64,000 bases of DNA from Akkermansiaceae bacterium (GCA_028822935.1 JAPKCM010000021.1:3509-67508); one strand, 5' to 3'. Positions 36,043-45,811 are shown, counted from the first letter of the stretch. A program made the numbers and translations. The notes: generated by a model not told the origin, from the letters alone.

Positions 36043-36959
36043 AATATCTCCTCCTATTCCTTCTCCTTCCAATTCTCTCGGCCCACGAAGTGCTTACGCA
36101 AGGGAAGGGCAAGCTCGTGATTATCAATTCCAAAAGAGCCGTGACTTGGGAGATGAAGTGGGGTGGGATTCACGATGTGCACTTGCTTCCGTCGGGAAAT
36201 ATTCTCGTGCAGGAAAAGATGCGACGCTTGGTTGAGATTGATCGGAAGACCAAAAAAGTGGTTTGGAGCTACGATGCGGCGGCTTCCAATGGGAACGAAG
36301 GAAAGCGCATGGAGCTTCATTCGTTTCAACCGCTGGGAGAGGGGAAGTTCATGATCGCGGAGAGTGGACCAGCGCGCATTATCGAGATCAATCGCGAAGG
36401 AAAATTGTTGAAGGAATTCGCTCTTACGGTGGATCATCCCAATGCGCATACGGACACCCGCCTCGTGCGGAAGTTGGCAAACGGTCATTATCTGGTGTGC
36501 CATGAAGCCGATGGAAAGCTGCGCGAATACGATGGTGGGGGAAAGGTCGTTTGGGAGTATGAGGTGCCCCTTTTTGGAAAAGAGAACAAGGGAGGGCATG
36601 GCCTTGAGGCTTTTGGAAATCGCCTGTTTGGGGCCCTTCGTTTGAAGAATGGCAACACCCTTATCGCGACCGGAAACGGACACAGTGTCATCGAAGTGAC
36701 TCCCTTGAAGAAAGTTGTGTGGAAGCTCACGCAGGATGAACTTCCGGAAATTCGACTCGCTTGGGTGACGACTCTTGAGGTGCTTCCAACTGGAAATTAT
36801 GTCATCGGAAACTGCCATGCGGGTCCCGGGAACCCACTTCTCATTGAGATTGAGCCAAAGTCAAAAAAGGTGGTTTGGACCTTTGATGAATTCGAGCGTT
36901 TGGGAAACGCCGTTTCCAATTCCCTGCTCTTGGATCTGGCGGGAAAAACGAATCGTTAA
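36039..36959 (+). CDS. Secreted beta-propeller protein (PQQ-like repeats)
   Basis: Signal peptide MKYLLLFLLLPILSA. Repeated (K)VVW(S/E/K)Y/L blades: KKVVWSYD, GKVVWEYE, KKVVWKLT, KKVVWTFD. Confidence 0.65.
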   Translation: MKYLLLFLLLPILSAHEVLTQGKGKLVIINSKRAVTWEMKWGGIHDVHLLPSGNILVQEKMRRLVEIDRKTKKVVWSYDAAASNGNEGKRMELHSFQPLGEGKFMIAESGPARIIEINREGKLLKEFALTVDHPNAHTDTRLVRKLANGHYLVCHEADGKLREYDGGGKVVWEYEVPLFGKENKGGHGLEAFGNRLFGALRLKNGNTLIATGNGHSVIEVTPLKKVVWKLTQDELPEIRLAWVTTLEVLPTGNYVIGNCHAGPGNPLLIEIEPKSKKVVWTFDEFERLGNAVSNSLLLDLAGKTNR

Positions 36960-37639
36960 TCCTCGGTGACATCGTGTCTTCGGTCGCGGAGGCAGAGGCC
37001 AATCGTTCCAACGAAAAGGAGGTAGCAGGCCAGAAGTTCGAGGTAACCTTGGACGGTGCTTGGGACGTCGGGGTGGTAGTTTGACTTGAGGGTCGCTTTC
37101 CAAAGGTGAGGGGTGCCGAGAAGGCGAGCGAGGACGTAGATCATCATGAAGGCCGAGGCGAAGAATCCCGCGGCGGGATGAGAGGTGAATTCGGTGTAGA
37201 AATCCGGGAACTGCCGGCGATATTTCAGGGAAAGAAAGAGAATGTAGAGCGCGGGGATGACGAACAGGATCCAAGAGGGAATATTTAGGTTGTCGTTTAC
37301 GAGATAGTCAGCTTCTCCTAACGCTGCGGCGATTCCTCCAGCTCCCATGACGCGATAGAAGGGGCCGATTTCTCCGGCGGACTTGGCTGCTCCGAACCAA
37401 AAGGCGGCGCTTCCCAGAAGGAGGAGAAGTTGGAGTCCTTCAACGGCGCTTTCCTCGGTCGGGAGGCTGAATCCTTTGGAGGTCGTTTCTTCAAGCTGAC
37501 CGCCTTCGGCAGTCCTTTCATCAGTCGAAGGGAATCCGGAATCTGGAAGCCAGGCGGGGAAAAGAATGAGGATGGAGCCTAACACGATTAAGATCGCAAC
37601 GAGGAGGCGCCTTTTCCAAAATCCTTTTGCCATGATCAT
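36956..37639 (-). CDS. Hypothetical polytopic membrane protein
   Basis: 227 aa, about 5 hydrophobic helices, no recognised motif. Converges on and overlaps the previous gene by 4 nt. Confidence 0.5.
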   Translation of the reverse strand: MIMAKGFWKRRLLVAILIVLGSILILFPAWLPDSGFPSTDERTAEGGQLEETTSKGFSLPTEESAVEGLQLLLLLGSAAFWFGAAKSAGEIGPFYRVMGAGGIAAALGEADYLVNDNLNIPSWILFVIPALYILFLSLKYRRQFPDFYTEFTSHPAAGFFASAFMMIYVLARLLGTPHLWKATLKSNYHPDVPSTVQGYLELLACYLLFVGTIGLCLRDRRHDVTED

Positions 37640-37680
37640 CGTAAGGGAGTCTCTGAATTGATCGGCGATGGGGCAAGCTC

Positions 37681-38427
37681 TCAGTAATTCACTTCAAGCA
37701 ACGTCAGACCATCGGCCGGAGCGCAAAGGGGTGATTTAGCGCCACTTGGGGCTTCGACGAGATCCTTAAGATCGTCGATCCGGAGGTAGCCCTGGGAAGT
37801 ATTGACGGCGGCGCCAGTGAGGAGCCGGACCATTTTATAAAGGAATCCGTTTCCCGTGAAGCGCAGCAGGATGCCGTCATCGGTATGGACAAAGGACGCT
37901 TCCGTGATGGTGCGCAGGTAGTTGGTCTCGGCGGTTTCATTTCCACGATTGGCGGCAAAGGATCGGAAGTCGTGCGTGCCACGGAAAAGAGCGAGGGCTT
38001 CTTCTAGGGTTTCGGGATTGAGAAGGCGGGGGAGGTGCCATGCCCGGCCCGCGTCGAAGGGCGGAAGAATAGGAAGGGTGCAGAGACGATAAGCGTAAGT
38101 TTTCCCCAAAGCCCCGAAGCGGGAATGGAAGTCATCGGCGACTTCCTGGCAGCTCATGATACGGATGGCGGCGGGGAGTTTCGTGTTGAGCGCTGGCACC
38201 CAATTAAAAGGGTTCATCGTCAGATGTCCGGGAGGGTCGAAATGAGCGATTTGCCCCAGCGCGTGCACGCCGGCATCAGTCCGTCCGGAGCCGTGGAGCC
38301 TGATTTTTTCACCTGCAGTGGTGGCGATGGCGGCTTCGATAAGATCCTGCACGGTCTTACCGTTGGGTTGCGATTGCCAACCGCTAAAAGTGGAGCCGTC
38401 GTAGGAAATGGTGAGCTTGAGACGCAT
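37681..38427 (-). CDS. truA: tRNA pseudouridine(38-40) synthase TruA
   Basis: MRLKLTISYDGSTFSGWQSQ and GSGRTDAGVHALGQ motifs. ATG 38427 is preferred because it lies 10 nt after the ruvX stop. Confidence 0.93.
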   Translation of the reverse strand: MRLKLTISYDGSTFSGWQSQPNGKTVQDLIEAAIATTAGEKIRLHGSGRTDAGVHALGQIAHFDPPGHLTMNPFNWVPALNTKLPAAIRIMSCQEVADDFHSRFGALGKTYAYRLCTLPILPPFDAGRAWHLPRLLNPETLEEALALFRGTHDFRSFAANRGNETAETNYLRTITEASFVHTDDGILLRFTGNGFLYKMVRLLTGAAVNTSQGYLRIDDLKDLVEAPSGAKSPLCAPADGLTLLEVNY

Positions 38428-38437
38428 GATGAAAAAA

Positions 38438-38851
38438 CTACCAGCCAATGTAGTCGTTGAGGATTTCTAGGGCGGCGGCTTGGTCGATGATGCCCTTTTG
38501 GTTCTTCGCCTTTTTGCCAGCGGCTCGGAGTTTTTCGGAGGCTGTCACGGTGGTGAAGCGTTCGTCGAAATAAGCGAGCGGGATTTCGCCGAGTCTGGAG
38601 ACGAGGACGTCGCCAAACTTACGAACCTTTTCGGAGCTTCGGCCCTCTGAGCCATCCATCCGAAGCGGGAGGCCGAGAACGACCGAGCGAATCTTCCGCT
38701 CCGCGATGATCTCAATGATTCGCTCAAGAGGATCGCTCTTTCGACAGTCGACCGTCTCGACTGGATGAGCGCCGATACCGAACTCATCGGTCGCCGCGAG
38801 GCCAATGCGGGCTTCGCCGTGATCGATTGCCAGGATGGGATGTTCGGACAT
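38438..38851 (-). CDS. ruvX: Putative pre-16S rRNA nuclease / Holliday junction resolvase-like YqgF (RuvX)
   Basis: ILAIDHGEARIGLAATDE...VLGLPLRMDGSEG; 137 aa. TAATG overlap with the upstream gene. Confidence 0.9.
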   Translation of the reverse strand: MSEHPILAIDHGEARIGLAATDEFGIGAHPVETVDCRKSDPLERIIEIIAERKIRSVVLGLPLRMDGSEGRSSEKVRKFGDVLVSRLGEIPLAYFDERFTTVTASEKLRAAGKKAKNQKGIIDQAAALEILNDYIGW

Positions 38852-39924
38852 TAGAGGAGATGGTCGGGAAGGGCGTCGACGATCTTCTTGATGTCATCGG
38901 CTTGATGGCGGTTCGCCACGAGGACGGCGTCATCGGTTTGCACTACAATGAGATCATTGACGCCGAGCAGGGCGATTTTGGAACCCTTGCGAGCGTTGAA
39001 GACGATGTTGTTTTGGCAGTCGATTTCGGTGAGGTCGGTGTTGGTGCGATTGTCCTCTCCCTGTAGGTCGAGATACTTGGCAACGGAGATCCAGGAGCCG
39101 ACATCATCCCAGTCAAAGGTGGCCTCGATGTTGAGAACGCGGGCCGCTTTTTCCATCAGCGCGTAGTCGATAGAGATCGGAGTGAGCCCGGCGAATTTAT
39201 CGGCGATGGTGGCGAGGACGTCGGAGGAATTCTTAAGTTCCTCGATGAACTCAGCGAGCTGGGGGGTGTGCTTCTGAAGCTCTGCGGTGACAGTGGCGAC
39301 TGACCAGATAAACATTCCGGCATTCCAGGCAAAGTTGCCTTCTCGCAGGAAGGTTTCGGCGAGTTCTGGGCTGGGCTTTTCACGGAAACGAACGACTTCC
39401 ACGGCTTCGTGAGTGAGTTTGAGGTCGCCAAGGTCCGCTGTTTTGCCACGCTCGATGTAGCCGTAAGACGGGCAGGGCCAGGTGGGCTTGATTCCAATGG
39501 TGACCAGTCCATCGCTCCCCTCGGCTGCGGCGAGAGTGTCTTTCAGGACCGATTGGAAGGCTTCCTCATCCTGAATGAGTTGATCTGAAGGAAGAACGGC
39601 CATGACGGCATCCGGATTGCGGGCTGCGACTAGTCCGATGCCAAGAGCAACGGCGGGAGCGGTGTCACGCTTGGCGGGCTCGGCAAAAATATTTTCGGGC
39701 GGCAGCATGTGAGCCACTTTGCGCACTTCTTCCTCTTGGAGGGTATTGGTGAGAATGAGAATGTTCTCCTTAGGGATGAGTCCATCGAGGCGGGAAATGG
39801 TCTGATCGAGGAGGGTGGATTTATCGAAGAGATTGAGAAGTTGTTTCGGTTTGGCGTTTCGGCTCAGGGGCCAAAAACGGGTTCCACTTCCTCCGGCAAG
39901 AATCAAGGCATAGGCATTACTCAT
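38851..39924 (-). CDS. Mannose-1-phosphate guanylyltransferase (nucleotidyltransferase domain only)
   Basis: ALILAGGSGTRFWPLSR motif; 357 aa; typical ManC/CpsB N-terminal architecture. Confidence 0.88.
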   Translation of the reverse strand: MSNAYALILAGGSGTRFWPLSRNAKPKQLLNLFDKSTLLDQTISRLDGLIPKENILILTNTLQEEEVRKVAHMLPPENIFAEPAKRDTAPAVALGIGLVAARNPDAVMAVLPSDQLIQDEEAFQSVLKDTLAAAEGSDGLVTIGIKPTWPCPSYGYIERGKTADLGDLKLTHEAVEVVRFREKPSPELAETFLREGNFAWNAGMFIWSVATVTAELQKHTPQLAEFIEELKNSSDVLATIADKFAGLTPISIDYALMEKAARVLNIEATFDWDDVGSWISVAKYLDLQGEDNRTNTDLTEIDCQNNIVFNARKGSKIALLGVNDLIVVQTDDAVLVANRHQADDIKKIVDALPDHLL

Positions 39925-40022
39925 CTGGGGATGATTGAAGGGACTAGGGGGACACTTGTCAAAACCGACACGCGATCCTTTTTCATTTTGAAAATAGAGC
40001 GTTTCTGGGGTAAGCTTCGTCT

Positions 40023-40331
40023 ATGAACGATTCTTACGAAGAAAAAGACTGGGTCGACACCACTTCGGCATTTGCTCCTGCAATCTTGGGTGCCGCCGCG
40101 GGCGTTCTCATGGCCGAGGTCCTCAGTGACAGCGCCCGTCGCCCTATCGGCCTTTCTCTTGCCTGCCTCGGTTTGGCTGCTCTCGCTCCTGCCCTAGTGG
40201 AAACAGTCGTTCACAAGGTGAGTGGCCCGGGAACTCGTCGTGGCTCTCAGCGCACCCTTCAAGGAATTCGTGATGGCGGACTTCCGGTCCGCGACATCAG
40301 CTACATCGAGGAGGAGCTGGGAGTTGGTTAA
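40023..40331 (+). CDS. Small hypothetical membrane protein
   Basis: 102 aa. Two Ala/Leu/Gly-rich hydrophobic segments. No homology recognised. Confidence 0.4.
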   Translation: MNDSYEEKDWVDTTSAFAPAILGAAAGVLMAEVLSDSARRPIGLSLACLGLAALAPALVETVVHKVSGPGTRRGSQRTLQGIRDGGLPVRDISYIEEELGVG

Positions 40332-40344
40332 ACAATTCGAAGCA

Positions 40345-41307
40345 CTAGCTGGGTCGAAGTTGCGAGGCCAGCTCTCGCACGACCGCTTCGAAGCCAGCGC
40401 GAAAAGGGATGCGTGCTTTCCATTGAAGGGTCTGCAAAGACCGACTGACGTTGAGCGCGTAGCGCACGTCGTGTCCCGGACGGTCTTGGACGTGGGTAAT
40501 GAGGGATTCCGGTTTGTGAAGGAGTTTTAAAAGTCGACGTGCGATTCCGAGATTTGTGCTCTCGCAGCTTGCTCCCAGGTGATAAATGTTTCCTTGAGTT
40601 CCCCGTTCGAAAACCGCGATGAGTCCGAGGGCGCAATCGTCGACGTGCATCCAATCGCGAATCTGTTGTCCGCTCCCATAGAGCGAAAGCGGCTGGTTAC
40701 GGAGTGCCTGATGAATGAGCTTGGGAATGAGCTTTTCGTGGTGTTGGCGAGGCCCGTAGCTGTTTGTGCAGCGGGCAATGACGATGTCTTGGAGGTGAGT
40801 CGTGACGGCCGCGAGGGCCAGGAGATCGGCTGAAGCCTTGCTGGCGGAGTAGGGAGACGAAGGGCGAAGGGGCTGGCTTTCCGTAAACTTATAGTGGACG
40901 GGCGTGGAGCCATAAACCTCGTCGCTCGAGCAAATGAGCAGGGGGAGCTTGCCGGAGCGGGCGCACTCAATTAAGCATGAGGTACCTCCAATATTGGTGT
41001 GGACGAAGTTTGAGGGATCGATGATCGAGCGATCGACGTGACTTTCGGCGGCCAAGTGAAAGATACCGCTGACCTGGTAGTCATCCAGAGTCTTCTGGAC
41101 GAGGGTCGCATCGTTGATCGAGCCTTCTACGAGATGGAATCGCGGGTCCTGATCCGGGCCAGTGAGGTTTCCACGATCTCCAGCATAGGTGAAGGCATCA
41201 AGAACGACGACGCGGTGGACATCGGGCCGCTCGAGGAGTTTCCTCAAAAGAGTGGATCCAATGAAGCCAGCCCCTCCGGTGAGCAAAATTGATTTGAAGC
41301 TTCGCAT
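40345..41307 (-). CDS. rfbB: dTDP-glucose 4,6-dehydratase (SDR family)
   Basis: ILLTGGAGFIGS, YSASKASADLL, and DRPGHDVRYALN, which is typical of RfbB; 320 aa. Confidence 0.88.
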   Translation of the reverse strand: MRSFKSILLTGGAGFIGSTLLRKLLERPDVHRVVVLDAFTYAGDRGNLTGPDQDPRFHLVEGSINDATLVQKTLDDYQVSGIFHLAAESHVDRSIIDPSNFVHTNIGGTSCLIECARSGKLPLLICSSDEVYGSTPVHYKFTESQPLRPSSPYSASKASADLLALAAVTTHLQDIVIARCTNSYGPRQHHEKLIPKLIHQALRNQPLSLYGSGQQIRDWMHVDDCALGLIAVFERGTQGNIYHLGASCESTNLGIARRLLKLLHKPESLITHVQDRPGHDVRYALNVSRSLQTLQWKARIPFRAGFEAVVRELASQLRPS

Positions 41308-41424
41308 TGGCGAAACGTTAATTGGCAGAAGAACGGTTGGAAATGATGGAATCTAGAGGAATTCTGCGAGCTCTTCTAAATCGTATTGACCCGTGCCCTC
41401 CCCTCTGCTCGAATATGTAAGTCA

Positions 41425-42114
41425 ATGAACATTTCTCATTACCTTCTCCTCGGCGGAGCGACTGTTCTCTTAAACTCCTGTGGTGCACTGAAAAATGTGC
41501 AGCAGCCTTTGAGTTCAGACGGAAGCTTTGATCCTCTTAGTGCTCCTGGAAGCCAGTCTTCACAAGGTGTAGGTTCCTATGCGGCGCCTTCTACCTCATC
41601 TTACACCCCCGGGCAGTGGATCGAGACATCAATGCCCAATTCCACTTTCTTCCGCGTTATTCCCAAAGGAAATGCTACTGCTGATAAGGTGCTTCAAGCA
41701 GGAGTTCCGCTGAAATATATTTCTTCCGAAGGTTCTTACACCAAAGTCGAACTCGATTCTGGAGCAGTGGGTTTCGTTCCGGAAATCATGGTGATCGAAC
41801 GTGCGACAGGCAGTGGAACCTTGGTTACTGGGGCTACGGCTCCTCCGCTTCCTTCAGGTGATATGGCTGTCCCGAGCAGCGATCCTTTCATCCCGCCCAG
41901 TAGTTTTCCCGCGCCCGATGCCCCGGCTGACTCGGTTCTTCCCGAGATTCCTACTCTGCCAAACGCTCCTGTGACGCCTCCTGGAACTCCGGTTCCTCCG
42001 ATCACCCCTGCTGTTCCTGTTCCGGGATCTGTGGATGTTCCCGAGCCTACTTCCGTTGAAGCTCTGGTTCCACCCCACGTCTCTGGAATCACCGAGCCTA
42101 GCGCGACGGACTAG
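41425..42114 (+). CDS. Lipoprotein with SH3-like domain and Pro-rich C-terminus
   Basis: Lipobox MNISHYLLLGGATVLLNSC. SH3_3-like FFRVIPKGNATADKVLQAGVPLKYISSEGSYTKVELDSGAVGFVPEIMV. Tail PxP-rich. ATG 41425 is preferred over TTG 41386. Confidence 0.65.
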   Translation: MNISHYLLLGGATVLLNSCGALKNVQQPLSSDGSFDPLSAPGSQSSQGVGSYAAPSTSSYTPGQWIETSMPNSTFFRVIPKGNATADKVLQAGVPLKYISSEGSYTKVELDSGAVGFVPEIMVIERATGSGTLVTGATAPPLPSGDMAVPSSDPFIPPSSFPAPDAPADSVLPEIPTLPNAPVTPPGTPVPPITPAVPVPGSVDVPEPTSVEALVPPHVSGITEPSATD

Positions 42115-42138
42115 TTGTTCGACTCTTCCATTTTTTTT

Positions 42139-42176
42139 AAACGGTCTTTGGTTTCACTAGGGCCGTTTTTCTTTTT
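42139..42176 (+). terminator. Possible rho-independent terminator after the SH3 lipoprotein gene
   Basis: AAACGGTC (42139-42146) pairs with GGCCGTTT (42161-42168), including one G.U pair, across a 14-nt loop. It is followed by TTCTTTTT. The loop is large, so confidence is low. Confidence 0.35.
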
Positions 42177-42208
42177 GGCAAAGAGGCGGGAGTTGCTAGG
42201 ATCCGCAC

Positions 42209-43036
42209 ATGCCCTTCGTTGATTCTCTCATCACGCTTGTTCTTCTCGTGATGCTGCAAGCAGTCCTCGGTTTTGATAACCTGCTCTATATCTCCCTTGA
42301 ATCGCAGCGCGCTCCGGAGGCGGATCAGAGCAGGGTTCGCAAGCTCGGAATTGGGATTGCGGTGGGATTACGGATCGTTCTTCTCTTTGTCCTGATCAAG
42401 CTCGTTGTTGTCCTTCAGGATCCCTTTTTCACGACGGTTGGGGGGTGGGTCGAAGGCTCGTTCAATTTCCACAGTGTCATCGTGCTCTTTGGCGGAGCCT
42501 TCATCCTTTACACCGCGACCAAGGAGATTGCCCACATGATGTCCCTTGAGGATGAAGGGCACGCGGCTAATCGTCAGCCGTCTTCTTCCAAGAAGGTCAT
42601 CGGGCTCATCGTGTTCATGAACGTCATTTTCTCCTTCGACTCGATCCTGAGCGCGATGGCGTTGGCTGGCATCAAGGATCCAGTTACCGGAGCCCACCTG
42701 GGCTACCAAATGGTCGTCATGGTGATTGCCATTTTAATCGGCGGGGCAATCATGATCCTTCTAGCAGATAAGGTGACAAGTTTTCTCCAGCGCAACCGAA
42801 TGTATGAAGTCCTCGGGCTCTTCGTTCTCTTCGTGGTCGGAATTATGTTGCTCACGGAAGGAGCCCATTTGGCGCATCTCAAGTTCTTCGGAAATGAAAT
42901 TCACGCCATGACCAAGACTACCTTCTACTTCGTCATCGGAGTGCTTTTGCTCACTGATGTTGTCCAAGGGCGCTATCAGAAAAAACTGACTCAAGAAAAG
43001 ATGCGAAAGGCTAAAATCGCTGGAACTTCGGTTTAA
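42209..43036 (+). CDS. TerC-family integral membrane protein
   Basis: LQAVLGFDNLLYISLE and FSFDSILSAMAL motifs, about 7 TM helices; 275 aa. Confidence 0.85.
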   Translation: MPFVDSLITLVLLVMLQAVLGFDNLLYISLESQRAPEADQSRVRKLGIGIAVGLRIVLLFVLIKLVVVLQDPFFTTVGGWVEGSFNFHSVIVLFGGAFILYTATKEIAHMMSLEDEGHAANRQPSSSKKVIGLIVFMNVIFSFDSILSAMALAGIKDPVTGAHLGYQMVVMVIAILIGGAIMILLADKVTSFLQRNRMYEVLGLFVLFVVGIMLLTEGAHLAHLKFFGNEIHAMTKTTFYFVIGVLLLTDVVQGRYQKKLTQEKMRKAKIAGTSV

Positions 43037-43047
43037 GGAAATTTCTG

Positions 43048-43482
43048 ATGAAAAAATCCAATATCGTTATTCTGATCCTGCGCGTCGCGCTGGGCGGGTA
43101 CTTCATTTATTATGGGGCTACGAAATTGATGGATCTTAGTGATTTCGTCGATTCGGTTGGGAATTATCAGATTGTTGATCGCCCTTGGGATGCGGTCTTT
43201 GGCTACTTTGTGCCCTGGTTAGAAGTCGTGCTCGGCTTCGCGATCGCGACTGGGATTTGTTTCAGAAGTGGCCTCGCAATCACGATCGTGATGCTACTGG
43301 GCTTCTCGATCGCCATTGCCTGGGTTTGGAGTCAGGGGCTCAATATCAATTGTGGTTGTCATGGGAAGAGCGATGAGCCAACCAATTATCCTTTATCCAT
43401 CGCCCGGAATTTGGGGTTAATTACTTTAGCCGCAGGGCTTTTCTGGACGAGTCTACGACGGTCCGCTAAAACTCCTGCGTGA
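43048..43482 (+). CDS. MauE/DoxX-family membrane protein
   Basis: 4 TM helices, ALGGYFIYYGATKL, and NINCGCHG, which resembles the MauE CGCFG motif. Confidence 0.7.
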   Translation: MKKSNIVILILRVALGGYFIYYGATKLMDLSDFVDSVGNYQIVDRPWDAVFGYFVPWLEVVLGFAIATGICFRSGLAITIVMLLGFSIAIAWVWSQGLNINCGCHGKSDEPTNYPLSIARNLGLITLAAGLFWTSLRRSAKTPA

Positions 43483-44255
43483 CTTACGCTGAGAGACTCA
43501 AGCAACGCATGCACGACACCGGCTCCGGCCTTTGTGTCGGACTCGATCCCCGCCCCGAGCTGACCGACGGAGGAATCGAGGCGATTCCTGAATTTTTGCG
43601 CCGTATCGTCGGTGAGACCGCGGAGTTCACGGCCGCCTTTAAGCCGAACATGGCTTACTTTGAGGCGATGGGGCTTCGGGGGATCGAGATTCTGCAAGAT
43701 CTCCTCGGAGAAATGCCCAAGGAGGTGCCCATCATTCTCGATGCCAAGCGCAGTGACATTGGTGAAACGCAGAAATATTACGCGCGCTCCTATTTCGAAA
43801 ACTGGGGCGTCGATGCCGTCACTCTGAATCCCTTTCTGGGCTACGACACTTTGGAACCCTTTCTCGATTGGGAGGGAAAAGGCGTCTATCTTTTGGCGGT
43901 GACTTCCAATCCCGGGAGCGTTGATTTTCAACGACGGGATTGTGAAGGGAAAGCGCTCTTCGAACGAGTGGGCGACCTTTGTGACCGGGCCGCTGACGAG
44001 GGACGAAAGACTTCGACCGGTTTGGTGGTGGGGCTTACGAATGCCGATCAAGATGTGCTGGGAAAATTACCCGATGTTCCCTTGTTGATTCCGGGTTTAG
44101 GCGCTCAGGGGGGAAGTTTGGATGCTCTTAAGGACTCGGGTCGGAGCGCGCCCAGTGTGGTCAACGTTTCGCGCGGAATCACCTACGCGGATTCTAAAGA
44201 TTATGGAGCGTTGGCAAAAAATTGGGCGCAAAAAATAGCGGAGGGGCTAAGCTAA
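43479..44255 (+). CDS. pyrF: Orotidine 5'-phosphate decarboxylase (type 2)
   Basis: LCVGLDPRPEL and ILDAKRSDIGET motifs. The GTG start overlaps the previous stop (GTGA). Confidence 0.9.
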   Translation: MTYAERLKQRMHDTGSGLCVGLDPRPELTDGGIEAIPEFLRRIVGETAEFTAAFKPNMAYFEAMGLRGIEILQDLLGEMPKEVPIILDAKRSDIGETQKYYARSYFENWGVDAVTLNPFLGYDTLEPFLDWEGKGVYLLAVTSNPGSVDFQRRDCEGKALFERVGDLCDRAADEGRKTSTGLVVGLTNADQDVLGKLPDVPLLIPGLGAQGGSLDALKDSGRSAPSVVNVSRGITYADSKDYGALAKNWAQKIAEGLS

Positions 44256-44258
44256 CAG

Positions 44259-45167
44259 ATGCCTTCTGACGAAACATCCAACGAGGGTTACTCCGGGCTC
44301 CTTCCCAAGAAGGGATGGCCGCAGCGGAACTATCGTTTTTGGCGTTATCGTCTCCTTCCCCAGATTCTTAAAAAGCGCGAGGGAGAATCTCGGCCCGCAG
44401 TGATGACGCCGCCCGAAGAGGGAAAGGTGCGCACGACGTGGATTGGTCATGCCTCCGTGCTGGTTCAGTTTGGCCAGCATGCGGTCATTTTTGATCCCAA
44501 TTGGGCCAATTGGCACGGCCCGGTGAAGCGTCAGCGCGAGCCTGGTTTGAACCTTCGTCAACTTCCCAATCTCGATCTCGTCCTCGTTTCCCACGCGCAT
44601 TTTGATCATCTCCACAAACCATCTCTTCGGGTGATCGAAGCAGCCCACGGGATCGTAGTGCCCAAGGGGAGCGGGAATCTTGTTAAGCGGTTGGATTTTT
44701 TAAGTATTCGGGAAATGGCGGAGTGGGAAGAGTGCGAAATCGGAGGGATGCGCGTGGTTCATACTCCGAGTCACCACTGGGGCGCGCGCTACGGAGCCGA
44801 TACCAAGCGCGATTATGGCGGCTTCCTTGTTGGTTCCGGCGAACGTAAAGTTTTTCATGCCGGCGACAGCGCCTACTTTCCCGGTTTTAAGGAAATTGGG
44901 AGGCGCGAGGATATCTGCATCGCCCTTCTTCCCATCGGGGCTTACGAGGCACCGAGCGGGCGTGACGTTCACATGAATCCGGAAGAGGCTCTGCAAGCCT
45001 TTGAGGATCTTGGGGCTGAGTTCATGCTTCCGATGCATTACGGTACCTTTCCTCTCGGAAACGAGCATCCCGATGAACCCATCGAACGGCTGATTGCCGA
45101 AGCGGAACGTCGTGGAATTGCCGACCGGGTGATCATTTCCGCTGCTGGCGAAGGCGTGGAAATATAG
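44259..45167 (+). CDS. MBL-fold metallo-hydrolase (NAPE-PLD-like)
   Basis: WIGHASVLVQ...IFDPNW and LVLVSHAHFDHL motifs; 302 aa. Confidence 0.82.
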   Translation: MPSDETSNEGYSGLLPKKGWPQRNYRFWRYRLLPQILKKREGESRPAVMTPPEEGKVRTTWIGHASVLVQFGQHAVIFDPNWANWHGPVKRQREPGLNLRQLPNLDLVLVSHAHFDHLHKPSLRVIEAAHGIVVPKGSGNLVKRLDFLSIREMAEWEECEIGGMRVVHTPSHHWGARYGADTKRDYGGFLVGSGERKVFHAGDSAYFPGFKEIGRREDICIALLPIGAYEAPSGRDVHMNPEEALQAFEDLGAEFMLPMHYGTFPLGNEHPDEPIERLIAEAERRGIADRVIISAAGEGVEI

Positions 45168-45226
45168 GGGGAATTCTAACAAAGCTGTTTCTGGTTCTCT
45201 GCCGGAGAAGATGTTACGCTTCCTAC

Positions 45227-45811
45227 GTGCCTGAGAAAGATGTCATCGATGGAGTTTATGAGACTACCAAAATGTATGTGGAAGTGGGGGGCGAGACTGT
45301 CACGAAGACTTTTAAGAAAGCGCGTAATTCCGAGACCCGCTATGCGCGGGAAAAGAGGGCCTTTGAATGTTTTAAGGGCCTGGAGGGATTCCCTCAGTTG
45401 ATTTCATTTGATGACGAAACGTTCACCCTTGTGATGAGCCGTCTTCCGGGGAAAATGCCAACGTCGCTCGATGAGGATCAAGTGATCCAGCTCCGTCGCT
45501 TAGTCGGAGGAATGCTCGCTCAAGGAGTGGCACGTCACGCCATTCCGGTGCGGGATTTATTGCTCTCGGATGCGGGCAAGCTCGGGATGGTCGACTTTGA
45601 ACGGGTCTCGTTTCGATTGTTCGAAATCTCTCCGATTTGGAAGATCGGCAAGATCGTTTCCCGCTATCATCTGTATCGACTGATCAACGGGTATCAGCCC
45701 CAAATGCTGTCGGGCTCCGAGAAGATTCTACTGAAGATCGTGAACGGGATTAGCGGCGCGGGTCGTCCGATTAAGGCATTGAAGAAAAGGGTGCGCGGTC
45801 TATTTCGTTGA
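45227..45811 (+). CDS. Small protein-kinase-like fold protein (RIO/Kdo-kinase-like)
   Basis: TVTKTFKK (beta3 Lys-like), VRDLLLSDAGKLGMVDFERV (catalytic-loop-like and DFG-like). No Gly-rich loop seen. GTG start. Confidence 0.5.
   Translation: MPEKDVIDGVYETTKMYVEVGGETVTKTFKKARNSETRYAREKRAFECFKGLEGFPQLISFDDETFTLVMSRLPGKMPTSLDEDQVIQLRRLVGGMLAQGVARHAIPVRDLLLSDAGKLGMVDFERVSFRLFEISPIWKIGKIVSRYHLYRLINGYQPQMLSGSEKILLKIVNGISGAGRPIKALKKRVRGLFR

Noticed and set aside
42115-42208. yybP-ykoY (Mn2+) riboswitch upstream of the TerC-family gene
   Set aside because: The gap is only 94 nt and is mostly occupied by a terminator-like hairpin. The conserved riboswitch core segments were not recognisable.
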